Shown here: positions 52,365 through 64,000 of the stretch, piece by piece
Layout of the letters: each line of letters begins with the position of its first letter
How positions within the stretch are numbered: the first letter of the stretch is position 1
Source: Carcharhinus longimanus
Lineage: Eukaryota
Length of the DNA stretch: 64,000 nt
Direction: 5' to 3'
NCBI GenBank assembly: GCA_030264375.1
Contig: JASCQW010000061.1
Location: 63,014,546 to 63,078,545, forward strand
Program-made: the position numbers and the translations under genes
Notes under the pieces: model-generated
Seen by the model: only the letters and a program-made list of their open reading frames with translations
Told to the model about the DNA's origin: nothing
The model's database searches: none

Positions 52365-52690
52365 GGGGGCGGCAGTAACATAGTGATATTTTCACCGGAC
52401 TAATAACGTAGAGACCCAGGGTACAAATCCACCACAATAGGTGATGACATTTAAATTTATAAAAATCTGGTCCATAAAACAATTGCTGCTTTTAAAAAAA
52501 AAAATCTGCATTACTAATGTCTTTTAAGGAAGGAAATCTGCTGTTCTTACTGGTTTGGCCTACATATGACTTCAGATACACAGCATTATGGTTGACTCTA
52601 AAATGCCCTCTGAAATGGCCTAGCAAGCCACTCAATTCAACGCATTAAACGATGGATAAGCCAGCAGCATCCCATCAGTGAACAGAAAAT
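52365..52690 (+). mobile_element. tRNA-derived SINE (family A)
   Basis: Homologous to 5693-6045 and 17166-17678. Confidence 0.8.
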
Positions 52691-52902
52691 TGATCAGAAT
52701 TATATCCATCTAGCATTAATCAGGTGCCAAACTTGATCAGTAATTGGGGTTTAGTTGATTATAGTACAAGAAGTTGTAAAGAATATGCCATTTGATAATT
52801 TCCACTTGCCTGGATTTCCAAGCCCCCATTAATCTCGTAGATTTATAAATACAAAACAGAATATATATTCCATGAATTCCTCATACATTTACAAGGCAGC
52901 AC

Positions 52903-53078
52903 AAATAAAAATAAAAATACTGTGAATGTTGGAAATCTGAAATGAAAACAGAAAATGCTGGACATATTCAGCAGGTCAGGCAGTACCTGTGGAGGAAGAA
53001 AAATTAATGTTTCAGGCCATTGACCTTTCTTCAGAACTAGGATAAACTTGTAACATGTGACAGCTTTTTAAACAAGTG
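52903..53078 (-). mobile_element. Penelope-like pLTR fragment with hammerhead-like motif
   Basis: - strand reads AGTT CTGAAGA A AGGTC AAT GGCCT GAAACAT T AATT. Confidence 0.6.
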
Positions 53079-53094
53079 TTTTTTTTTAAAAAGC

Positions 53095-54510
53095 CCTTTC
53101 ATGGGATATGGGCATCAGTGGCAAGGCCAGTATTTGTTGCCCTTTGAAATGTGGTGATGAGCCACTGCCTTGAACCAGTGTAGCCCATTTGGTTCAGGTA
53201 TACTCATGATGCAGTTGGAAAGGGAGTTTCAAAATTAAGATCAGAAACAATGACATAGTTCCAACTCAAGATGGTTGTGTGGTTGGGAGGGGAATTCATC
53301 CTTGCCTTTTGCACTGTTGTGCTGGGCTCCCCAATCATTGAGGATGGGGATATTTGTGGAGCCTGTTCATAGAATCCCTACAGTACTGAAGGAGGCCATT
53401 CAGCCCATTGAGACTGCACTGACAACAATCCCACCCCATCCCCATAACCCCACATGTTCACCCTGATAATCCCTCTAAACTAGGTCAACTTAGCTTGGCC
53501 AATCAACCTAACCTGCACATCTTTGGACTGTGGGAGGAAACCGAGCACCTGGAGGAAACCCACACAGACAGGGAGAATGTGCAAACTCCACACAGACAGT
53601 GACACAAGCCAAGAATTGAACCTGGGTTCCTGGTGCTGTGAGGCAGCAGTGGTAACCACTGTGCTGCCCCACCGTCTTCCTTTTGCTGATTGTTTAATTG
53701 ACCACCACCATTCACAACTGGATGTGGCAGGAAAGCTTTGATCTGATTGGTTGTGGAATTGCTTGTCTATGGCATGCTGTGTCTGCTGTTTGATGTGCAA
53801 ATGGTCCTCTGTTGTAACTTCACTGATTGTAAAATGCCCATTTTTAAGTATGCTTGGTGCTACTCCTGACATTGATTAATTGAACTGTGATTGATTGCTT
53901 AGCTTAATGGTAAAGGGAGGAGAATGCCAGTCACAGGTTACAGATTGTAGCCAGATAAAATTCTGCTGCTATTGATGGCCCACAGTGTAGAGCCTTTTGG
54001 ATCCCTAGTTTTGAGTCATTAGATCTGACCTGAATCTAAACCATTTAACACAGTGGTAATGCCATCAAATACAATGATGGATATGCTGCGTCACTTCTAC
54101 CTGTACTGTCATTGACATACATTTGTGGTAGGTAGATTGGCGAGGAAGAGGTCAATTTTTTTTTTCCTTTCTCCACTTGCCGCAAGTCAAGTACAGTCTG
54201 GCAAAGTCCTTCAGAACTTGATCAGCTTGGTCAGTAGTGATACTGGACCACTACTGGTAATAGACATTGAGGTCCTCCATCCAGAGTACACTCTATGCCC
54301 TTGCCATCTTCTGTGTTGCTGCGTCTAAGTGGTGTTCAACGTGGAATAGCACAGATTCATCGGCTGGTGGAAAGCAGTAGGTGGTAATTGGTAGGTTTTT
54401 TGCCCATATTTGACCTGATGGCATAAGATTTCATGGGGTCAGAGGTCAGTGTTGAGGTCTTCCAAAGCACATCGCTTTCACCCAAGTACCACTGTACTGC
54501 CACCTCCACT
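53095..54510 (-). mobile_element. Decayed, internally deleted non-LTR retrotransposon (tail shared with SINE family A)
   Basis: 3' tail ttcatgggatatgggcatcagtggcaaggccagtatttgttgccc; SSCEWWWSIKQ-type ORF2 remnant; sequence continues across the nested SINE. Confidence 0.65.
53367..53672 (-). mobile_element. Full-length HE1-like V-SINE
   Basis: - strand: ggggcagcacagtggttaccactgctgcctcacagcaccaggaacccaggttcaattc (A and B boxes), V-domain, CR1-like tail. Confidence 0.9.
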
Positions 54511-55181
54511 AGGACGCCTGACTTGTACAGACACAAAGGGGGAAGAACAGAAAAGAATAAAGGGGAGGTCTGTAATGGAGTGGATGACAGAAGGCCATTA
54601 TCCATAGTATTGAAGAAAATAAAGATAATTGAATGGAGATGTCAATTTTTTTCAGGCATTTTTTTCAAATTTTATTTTTTCCAGGGTGACAAGGTGTCTT
54701 GAAGTGCCAATATGCAGTTTCAAAAAGTGTTGGGGCGCACATTTTGTTTCCCCAAGTCTGCCCCATTGCTGTAAGGAGGTGTCAAGTATATCCCATAAAC
54801 CTCTACACAAGAGGAAATACAAATTGTCACAATTTGCATGCCACAAGACTGATGCTTGTAACAGCTGAAAGTTGATCGCGAGCAACAGAGCTGGGAAAAG
54901 ATTGATGGGAATGAGAGGGGAGTTAGCCTGTTGGCCAGATAATTTCTATAAATGAGTGCCGGTGAACAAGATCACCTAATACATTTGGCCTTGCACTGAT
55001 TGAATCTCTACCATTTATGTTTTAGAACATATTCAAGCAATGTTCAGATGTGTGTTCTGAAACAGGAATATAGCATAAACAGTATGAGATTATACATTTT
55101 TATGTTAAAGATGTGGGATTTTATAGAATTTGGATTGAAGGTTTAAGGACCAACAACATTGCTGAATGTGGTATTTTACAG

Positions 55182-55410
55182 GCAAACAACTTGATCAAGA
55201 TGATGAATCAGACAAACTCTACTGGCCCAACACATCGGTTCTCACAACACGCTTGCGTCGCCTTATTACAGCCTATCAGCGCAGCTATAAGAGGGAGCAG
55301 ATGAAATTAGAAGCACTGAACAAAAGTGATCGTCGCAGACGTCGGCCGAGAGATGAAGTGAGAGCTCGGGAGGCAGAGAGAAATGCAGCTATATCCGAGA
55401 AACGTCAAAG
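55182..55410 (+). CDS. chd7: CHD7 exon 29 equivalent
   Basis: tacag|GC...AG|gtaatg; 229 nt; ...[27 protein letters not shown]...SEKRQ. Confidence 0.96.
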
Positions 55411-56501
55411 GTAATGCCATGAATTGTATGTTTTATTTCATTAGATATTTCCAAGTTTAATTTTTTATTTCAGAAGACTTTATTGTGGCATTGTATAGTC
55501 CTTATTGCATAAGTGTGCATTCAGCATGAGAAAAGATTCATATACCTACAATTCATAAACAATTCAGCAAAAAAAAATTCAAATCTGTTTAAGATCTATA
55601 ATTTACAGCATTAACATGCTTTCAAATTATACTTGGGTTCATTTTTATGATCACCATCATGTTTGAGAATTTGACGCTTTTCCAGAGAACTATACAGAAA
55701 GATCAGAAACAATGTTGTCATGGAGATTTTCAAATGCATGAACTAGCCAGCTTTAGTAGTTTTGATGGAGGTCACATCACCTGTCTTTTAACTGTCAGAA
55801 TTTGTTGGGTGGAGAAAGTGAGGGAGTCTTGCTTTCAAGAGAGCAATTGTTATAAACTAGGAGTAAAAGAACAGAACATAAATTATTGACAGGAATAAGA
55901 TATGGAATTTGGGATTTTCCATTATTAGTTCCTTTTCCGTACAGATGTTTAAGCTTCCATCACTACCACACCCCACTAGTTGTGCAATCACATGGTTTAT
56001 CTGTGTCCTCACTGGATGTGGTGACCTGGTTCGGAATTATGTTGTAGTTCACTCCAGTTAGCNNNNNNNNNNTCTGTTGTGTCAGTATACCATTCTACCC
56101 TGTTTCATTATTTTTTTCCATGATTAAATATTATTTAAACTTTTTGTTTTGTTGCAGGCTTGAAAGATTTTACTGACTTTTTTTTGTGTGTGCATTTCAT
56201 GGTGATTTATGACTTGCATTTTTTTAAATATTTTGATCAGATATAAAGTATTGAATTAGACAGATACCTCCTCTAAATACAAAGTCAAATTAAATCCAAA
56301 GATTAGATCCGAATCCAAAGCAGTAGGCCCCCCTTTTGCATTTTTAAGTGACTTGTCAAACAAAATAGATTCTGTTGTGAATTCAAAAATTCCTGCTTTC
56401 GATGATGTTCAAAACAAGGTTACGGTGTCATTTTAGAATTTATCCTTTCCTACTGAAGTCCCAAGTAGCACCTTTTTGAATCCTAACTCAATTATTCCAC
56501 A

Positions 56502-57182
56502 GGCAATATTTTTTGATGTCAGGGTTTCCAGCTGTGTGGGGGAGCCAGAAATTTCCCCAGGTTGCCTTCCCACAAGCGCCTGACCTATGTGCAATTTTAG
56601 AGAGTGATGGTGGTAGGTCCTCCCAATTGAGACTCATAAGTGGCCAATTAATGGCTATTTAAGAGTTGCTCCCCACCCAGGCTCAATTTTGCAGCTGGCA
56701 CCACCCAAAGAGTCAGCAGAGAATGCATCCCCGCTGATCATGGCAGCCCCAAGGCCATTTAATGCTTGAATTAATTGACTGAAGGCGAGACCTCTGCCCC
56801 TCACTTGGGCTGAAAGTCCTGTCTCTGAGAGCTGCCAGCCAATCTGACTGAACAGTTGAGGGGAAGTGTTCCTGAAGGAAGGGTTGTGGGGCTGTGGTAA
56901 CCTGATATGTGTTCCCTGATGGAACCCTTCACCCCCAAATCTCCAGCACTGTGACCTACCAGGCTTCTTCAATGCTCCTAAATAAAACTCCTGCCAGCTG
57001 CAAAATTGAGCCTGGGTGGGGAGCAACTTTTAAATAGCCATTAATTGGCCACTTATGAGTCCCAGTTAGGAGGACCTACCACCATCACACTCTAAAATTG
57101 CACGTAGGTCAGGTGCTCGTGGAAAGGCAGCCTGGGAATTTTCTGGCTCCCCCACACAACCATAAAACCATAAAATCCTGCT
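56502..57182. mobile_element. Foldback/MITE-type element with long inverted arms
   Basis: 56533-56700 and 56992-57158 are inverted copies (12 differences in 168 nt by hand); outer ends GGCAATATTTT ... AAAATCCTGC. Confidence 0.8.
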
Positions 57183-57219
57183 TCATAACTATCCATCTGG
57201 ACGGTTCTACATCATAGTT

Positions 57220-58226
57220 AGAAGTCTGACAACATCAGGTTAAAGTCCAACAGGTTTATTTGGTAGCAAAAGCCACTAGCTTTCAGAGCAGTGCTCCTTC
57301 GTCAAGTAAGTGGAGTCCTGTTCACAAACAGGGCATATAAAGACACAAACTCAATTTACAAAGTAATGGTTGGAATGCGAGTCTTTACAGGTAANNNNNN
57401 NNNNNNNNNNNNNNNNNNNNNNNNNNNNNNNNNNNNNNNNNNNNNNNNNNNNNNNNNNNNNNNNNNNNNNNNNNNNNNNNNNNNNNNNNNNNNNNNNNNN
57501 NNNNNNNNNNNNNNNNNNNNNNNNNNNNNNNNNNNNNNNNNNNNNNNNNNNNNNNNNNNNNNNNNNNNNNNNNNNNNNNNNNNNNNNNNNNNNNNNNNNN
57601 NNNNNNNNNNNNNNNNNNNNNNNNNNNNNNNNNNNNNNNNNNNNNNNNNNNNNNNNNNNNNNNNNNNNNNNNNNNNNNNNNNNNNNNNNNNNNNNNNNNN
57701 NNNNNNNNNNNNNNNNNNNNNNNNNNNNNNNNNNNNNNNNNNNNNNNNNNNNNNNNNNNNNNNNNNNNNNNNNNNNNNNNNNNNNNNNNNNNNNNNNNNN
57801 NNNNNNNNNNNNNNNNNNNNNNNNNNNNNNNNNNNNNNNNNNNNNNNNNNNNNNNNNNNNNNNNNNNNNNNNNNNNNNNNNNNNNNNNNNNNNNNNNNNN
57901 NNNNNNNNNNNNNNNNNNNNNNNNNNNNNNNNNNNNNNNNNNNNNNNNNNNNNNNNNNNNNNNNNNNNNNNNNNNNNNNNNNNNNNNNNNNNNNNNNNNN
58001 NNNNNNNNNNNNNNNNNNNNNNNNNNNNNNNNNTTCCAACCATTATTTTGTAAATTGAGTTTGTGTCTTTATATGCCCTGTTTGTGAACAGAAGTCCCAC
58101 TTACCTGACGGAGAAGCAGCGCTCTGAAAGCTTTTGTCTCCAAATAAACCTGTTGAACTTTAACCTGGTGTTGTGAGACTTGTTACTGTGTTTACCCCAG
58201 TCCAACGCCAGCGTCTCCACATCATG
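57220..58226. mobile_element. Penelope-like element with inverted pLTRs around a 639-N gap
   Basis: 57220-57375 is the reverse complement of 58034-58183; 3' end ccagtccaacgccagcgtctccacatcatg is shared with 17541-17637 and 41278-41442. Confidence 0.75.
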
Positions 58227-58704
58227 GTACCACATCAGCTAGTGAACCATCAATATAGCATTTGTAGAGATCTGGTTTCACAGGTGGTGGTCCCCTTCTG
58301 CATTTCACTATGCTTCAGATAACAGATTGAATAGTGGGTGTTAAAAGTTCGTTAAGCTGTAGGTGGGATCAAGACTTTGAAGCTTGGTTACTAGTTAGAT
58401 GTAGCACACAATCTACATTCAGGTTAAAGCCATGGACCTGATTGGATCTCCTTGACCCTTTGCATCATGGACTTGAGTGCAGAAACTGTTACAGATCTAA
58501 GCGATCATACTTAGCTGCTGCTCTTAAGAAAAAAAAGTCCCTAGGTCCCTGTGTAGGAGGCGGAAATGTGTTGGCACCTTTTTTCAGTCTGGAATGGGAA
58601 AAAAATGTATTTCTAAAGCACCTTTCATAATTTTAGGATATTAAAAGCATTTCACAATGGGGAAACCACAATGGGAGGAGTTCACTGTTTGGCTCTACTT
58701 CCAC

Positions 58705-59496
58705 TACGCTACAGGTCACGACATATTTAAATGTTTTTCCAGCAAGCTACACAGCCAATTTTATGCATTATATACTAATATCAGAATGACCACTCAATAC
58801 CCAGATTTCTTAAATAAACAACAAAATTATTAGTTTAATATAAAATCAGACTTGTCAAGTAGTAAGGCAAAACTTTAATAACTTAATGTGAAACATGGAG
58901 ATATACTAATTGCTCTTTATAAACACACGCGCACGTGCACACACACACAGCAAAGGAATGGGATGGTCCTTCAATTGGTGTTCCGGTTATGTGGTTGGCC
59001 TCTGCAAAATAATCGAAGACTCTTGCACTACTTTTCAGGCAGCCTGTAGAAAATTTGCAATCAGTTAATTTCAGAATATGTAGTAATTTTGGAACAACTT
59101 CCATTTTCTTTTTGCGTTCAATCAGGTCCGGAGCTTCAGGAATGTTACCCTAACAATTGTTCTTCATTATTTTGTCCCAAAAACAAAACTAACCTACCAG
59201 CTTTTAAAACTCAATTTTTCAGGCATAATTTTTTTCAAAGCCATAAACTACCATTTGACCCTTCTGTAAACAGTCCACCATGGTCAAGAGGTTTCCAACT
59301 TATTTTAAACAGCTTAATTACCTTTTGTTGTAAAATGCTGCCATTTCCAAGAACAATGGCAACCAAAATCCTTGCATTATAAGCGATGCCATTTCCAGGA
59401 ACAATAGCAACCAAAATCCTTGCGTTATAAGATATTCTTCTAGAATATTTTTGGTCCTTGATAACAAACAATTTTCCATGATTAATGTTTATAACA
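58705..59496. mobile_element. Probable old LTR remnant
   Basis: Ends ...TATAACA; internal (CA)n and a 48-bp tandem duplication; no TSD found. Confidence 0.35.
59339..59431. repeat. 48-bp tandem duplication (about 2 copies)
   Basis: tgccatttcca(a/g)gaacaat(g/a)gcaaccaaaatccttgc(a/g)ttataag at 59339 and 59387. Confidence 0.95.
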
Positions 59497-59509
59497 TGGT
59501 AAATAAATA

Positions 59510-59835
59510 CCTTAAAAATGAAGTCACTGTTTTAATGGACCAAATGCAGTAACCAAAAGCCTACAAATAGCATGATGATAAATAATTCAATTGTTTTAGT
59601 GATGTTGCTTGAATGACATATGTTGGTCAGGACACTTCCAATAATGTCTTGGGCTCTTTTACATTCAACTGAATGCTCAAGTTTCCCAAGAAAAGACTAA
59701 TATCTCATTAAAAGATGGTGTCGCTTATGCACAGTTCTACTTTGGAACGCCACCTGAAATTTTTGCTGAAATCTCTGGAGTGGGGCTTGAACTTATGGCT
59801 AATATGACAGCGCTACTTCTGAGCCAAGGCTGACT
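59510..59835 (-). mobile_element. DeuSINE (SacSINE1-like), diverged
   Basis: Reverse match to 38955-39395 (ctggagtggggcttgaac; atctcattaaaagatgg; ctgagccaaggctga). Confidence 0.55.
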
Positions 59836-60589
59836 CTTGCTGCCTGCCTCTTTCAGATCCTTTAATTTGAGGAAGTCCAGGCACAGTCAGACCATTAGAT
59901 CTCGAAATATGAATTTCGATTGTGTGTTAATTTGAATGCTTCTTCTCTCTCTGATTTGGATTAGTAGCGAGAATTAAGCAGCAGCCATCTAGTAACTTCT
60001 AGCCCAAAAAAACTTGGTTCTTATATTTCAAACTTCTTGACACCAAAGAATGAGTTAAACAAAACCTGAACAGATGAACGTTGGGACCATGGCGCTTTTG
60101 ATGACGATTCTTGAAATGGCTAGCTTAAGGCAAGCTAGAATTTCATCAGCAAGCTTTTAGATGAGTGCCTGTCTCCAAGAAATTCACATGAAAGGCTTCT
60201 AAAGACACATGGAATTGCTTGGTGTATGATCGTGTTAACCTATTTGTGTGCTGCATAAACAATTTTATCCCAACTTAAAATACTGCTGGGGAGCTACTGA
60301 ATTTGATGGTGAACATTATTTCTGACCCTAAGCACTGTGAGTTTATGTTTCTTGTCATCACTTCTCAATGTGAGATATGCAAAAACTGTTTTGGAGTTCC
60401 ATCCTTTCTTTTGAAGACTGTATCTGAAGTTCCTTTTTCTCAGAATACAATGCAAAGTTTGACTTAAACATCTCTCACGTTTTTCCATCATGGAGGAAAA
60501 ACCTAAGACATTGGCACCAGGCTTCTTCACAGTTCTGAATACAACAACTTCCCATAGGGCCATTTTAACTTGATTTTGCCCATAATCTG

Positions 60590-60972
60590 TTGCTGAAGTC
60601 AGCTCACGTATCACCTAAACACATGAATTTAAAATTCTCATCATTGTTTTCAGATCTCTTTAGGACCTTGCCTATTCCTTTCTCTTTGATCTTCAAACAG
60701 CTCCACAATTTCATCACAGCTCTGGTCTCTTGTATAACTTCCGTTCCCTGCATCCTATGCTGGCAGACCATTTAGAAAAGCCAATCTCTTGTTCTCTCCT
60801 AGAGCCCCAGGATTTTTCTACCTCCAGTCCTCCTTTAAATCCTTCCTCAAAACTCACCACTTACACTGAGCTTTTCAACATTCCTCTAATACCACCTCTT
60901 CTGCTTGGTGTTCATTATTGCTTGGTTACACCTCTGAAGATCTTTCCATAGTGCAAGTAAATGCAAATTGCT
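60590..60972 (+). mobile_element. L2 LINE 3' fragment
   Basis: tttaaaattctcatcattgttttcagatc and ccttcctcaaaactcacc resemble 13972-14220; tail taaatgcaaattg. Confidence 0.55.
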
Positions 60973-61469
60973 TTCAGTATTTTTCAGGGTAGTTCAGTCT
61001 CACGAATGAACGCCCCTTCATTCTCACTTGATTTATATTTCTTGTCTTGGTATATGCACTAAGGGATACCAAGTGCACATTTTGCATATTTTCTGTGTAG
61101 AATGAAACTCCAGAGGGGCAAAGTCCCAGGATTTCTGACTGCTACGATTAGCAGTCTTAAATTATGTTGAAATGTAACTCTTAGAACATTAAAAAAACAT
61201 GGAATTGTCCAAGCCTTGCTACCTGTTTTGATGGGATTTTTCTCAATATTTCTAAGGACAGGAGCATTTTCTAGGGATGTCTGAGATTTGCTTATTTGTA
61301 TTGTAAATGATTTAAACAGCTCAGAAATGCATACATTATTTCACTTGTGGTAACATTACTGTTCCAAACCTAATTTACAATGTAATTAGTTTTCTACTAC
61401 GAGTTTTCCTATGAAAGACTGCAGGATTTCAGTGCCTTTCATTAATTTAAATACGTTTCTAAATTGCAG

Positions 61470-61678
61470 ATGGACCAGGAGAGAAGAAGCAGACTTCTAC
61501 CGTGTTGTATCAACCTTTGGTGTGGTTTTTGATCCCATTAAGCAACAGTTTGAATGGAATCAGTTCCGTGCCTTTGCTAGACTGGATAAAAAGTCTGATG
61601 ATAGTTTGGAAAAGTACTTCAGTTGTTTTGTGGCTATGTGCAGAAAAGTGTGTCGTATGCCTCCAAATCCAGGTGAAG
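61470..61678 (+). CDS. chd7: CHD7 exon 30 equivalent (SANT-like)
   Basis: tgcag|A...G|gtaaga; 209 nt; [18 protein letters not shown]...[13 protein letters not shown]. Confidence 0.96.
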
Positions 61679-62739
61679 GTAAGATGCCATAATATGGATT
61701 CAAAACGGGTGGAGAGAGTTAAAATACAAATATCAGTGAATAGCAGAACATTCTTGAGGGGCTGAAGGTCTGCTCTTGCTTGTCTGTGATGTAATTAATG
61801 TGGCACAAATTTAAAATTTTTCTAGTTTATGTCCTTTCATGCTTCTGCAGATTGGCATTTGCAGTAAACCTGCAAAATAATCTCAACTCTTGGTCACCAA
61901 AGATACAGGTCCTGAATTTCTGGTTACCTGTTTTTTGTATTTGGGGTGGGCATTTGGTGGTGGAAATATAGTGGAAAAGAAACAAAACAAGTTCTTGACA
62001 CGTAGTGCTAGAGGCAGGGATAGGCTGTCTGCCCACTGGCGGACTGGTGTCAAAAGAGGAGAAAGGTTGGCATTACTACCAGATTTTCTGATGCTTCCAG
62101 CTCCTTCTCTGTAATTATATTGGGTGCTGTATCTTATTGGTACAATGGAAAGGTGCATGTATAAGCCAGAAGATTGTTCCGAGCCAGAATCCTGCCAAAT
62201 TTCAGTTGATCCTCTCTGATACTAATGCCAATCAGACAAATTTTTAAAAGCTTTGCAATCTTTCCTTTTGACTAGTTTTCAGTTTAAACATTTTACATTC
62301 ATCTTCCTGCTGCAAGCATAAGAAGCTTATTTTATTTAAATGTATACCTCATGCAGCATAATGTTATAGAAAATTACAAATCTTGTTTCCTACTAGTCTG
62401 GAAGCAGAGCAAGATCACGAATATTCAGACTTCCAGTAAATTGTTTTTGCAATACTCACTGTTTTGTGTTTTATCTGGAAATTTCACATCAGCCTTGTAG
62501 ACCATTTAATCAGGAAACCATAGTACATATTTGGCAGATTATTCAGTGCTCACTTTATGGCCTGAGCTGGGTCACATATCCAAGTCAGTCATTTTGGATG
62601 GAAGGGGTTGGGATTGCTTTCAGAATATCCATTGATCTGTGCAATATGAGAGCCCAAAGTATAAAACTTCGGAAGCAGCAACTGAAGGGAACTGGATTTT
62701 GATTTTTGCATTTATGTAAAGACTTTGTTTTTATTAAAG

Positions 62740-63489
62740 AGTCTGATTCCACGATTTTCATTGAGCCAATCACGGAAGAACGTGCATCTAGAACTTTGTA
62801 TCGAATAGAACTTTTACGGAAGGTTCGAGAGCAGGTTTTGCTTCACGCTCAGCTCGATGAACGGCTCAAGTTGTGCCAGCCAAGCATGGATCTGCCTGAA
62901 TGGTGGGAGTGTGGCAAACATGATAAAGACTTATTGATTGGTGCTGCAAAGCATGGAGTCAGTAGGACAGACTATCATATTCTAAATGACACTGAGCTTT
63001 CCTTCCTGGATGCCCATAAAAACTTTGCTCAAAACAAAGGGGCTAGCCAGCGGAGCAGTACGCCTTTCCAAAACCAACCTGGTGCCTGTCTGAGCCAAAT
63101 GCCTTCTGTTGTCCCATCCACATCAGTTCAAGAAGAAAAAAGTACAGAACACACTGACTTTGATGATAGTAAAACTGATGATGGACTAAAATGTCCTACA
63201 TCCCCATCTCAGGAAGAGGAGAGCACAGTCCTTGTTAAGGAAGATGGAAAAACCAATTGTGATGAGAAAATACATTTTGATTCACAATGTCAGGATATCT
63301 CGGGACCATTGTCTGTGAAGGTTGAGCATGATACTAAAGAGACTTTAGACGTGAATGCGAAATTGCTTGCTGACACTGATGAAAAAGAATTGAGACCTAA
63401 ATTACCATTTGAGAAAGGGTCAGAAGACGACGATGATGATGAGGAAGAAGATGATGACGATAAATCAGAAGAATCATCCCAACCTGAAG
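62740..63489 (+). CDS. chd7: CHD7 exon 31 equivalent
   Basis: taaag|AG...G|gtatgg; 750 nt; [27 protein letters not shown]...[19 protein letters not shown]...[10 protein letters not shown]. Confidence 0.95.
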
Positions 63490-64000
63490 GTATGGTGTTG
63501 AGTTTCAATATTTAACTAACCATTTGCTTTCTAAAAACTATGTGTATTAGTAGTCTACTCTCATCTGCAAATTATTTTTATTAAGATAAAGATTTCTTTT
63601 CAGATAAATGAACAAATGAAAGGACCATACTTTTTTCTATTTTTGCACTTTTAAGATTGTTCAACATAATGCCAACTTATTCCTATCTTATACCTGAAAA
63701 TAATCCTGGTGAAAATGTGTTGAAACATATAGTCAGTCGGATAATTTAAAACTCTTTGCAGTAATGAGAAAAAGCTACGAATTTCCATCATGTGTACCTA
63801 AATAATGAGTGTCATGCATTTTTCTCAATTAACTTGGAACAACTCCACTCCCATTGTACCCAGGCATTAGGCTAACTCCAGTATTAAAGCAGTATATCAC
63901 AAGAGATGTATGTGGCAGCAGTCAACTTTGTGGGCTTTGTACCAGTGTTGCCCAAACAGGCGCCAAGGTATGGCGACTAGGGGATTTTCGAACTTAACTG

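Noticed and set aside
53610-53672. tRNA gene
   Set aside because: The A and B boxes belong to SINE heads (also 17175, 41682, 52370) and run into SINE bodies; no full cloverleaf.
57291-58100. Long ORFs of 227-255 aa on both strands
   Set aside because: Artefacts of translating through the N gap; the mirrored peptides only reflect the inverted repeat.

Overview
Vertebrate genomic DNA from a gappy draft assembly; the SINE/LINE families point to a cartilaginous fish (shark). The window lies entirely inside one + strand gene, the chromatin remodeller CHD7. I resolved 20 GT-AG coding exons, equivalent to human exons 9-21 and 25-31 (chromodomain 2, SNF2 ATPase and helicase-C lobes, SANT-like region). 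Eighteen have exactly the length I recall for human CHD7. The equivalents of exons 22-24 are not visible; they are probably hidden in a 100-N gap, although the exon 21-25 junction would be in frame. Introns are packed with CR1, L2 and other LINE fragments, three SINE families, MITEs, two TSD-bounded solo LTRs, a Gypsy remnant and Penelope-like fragments. The most interesting non-obvious signal is a set of minimal hammerhead-ribozyme-like motifs in the Penelope-like repeats, including a subfamily with a compensatory U3-A8 core; all copies here are partly decayed. Repeat family names and human exon sizes are from recall, not searches. I found no convincing wholly new multi-gene system.
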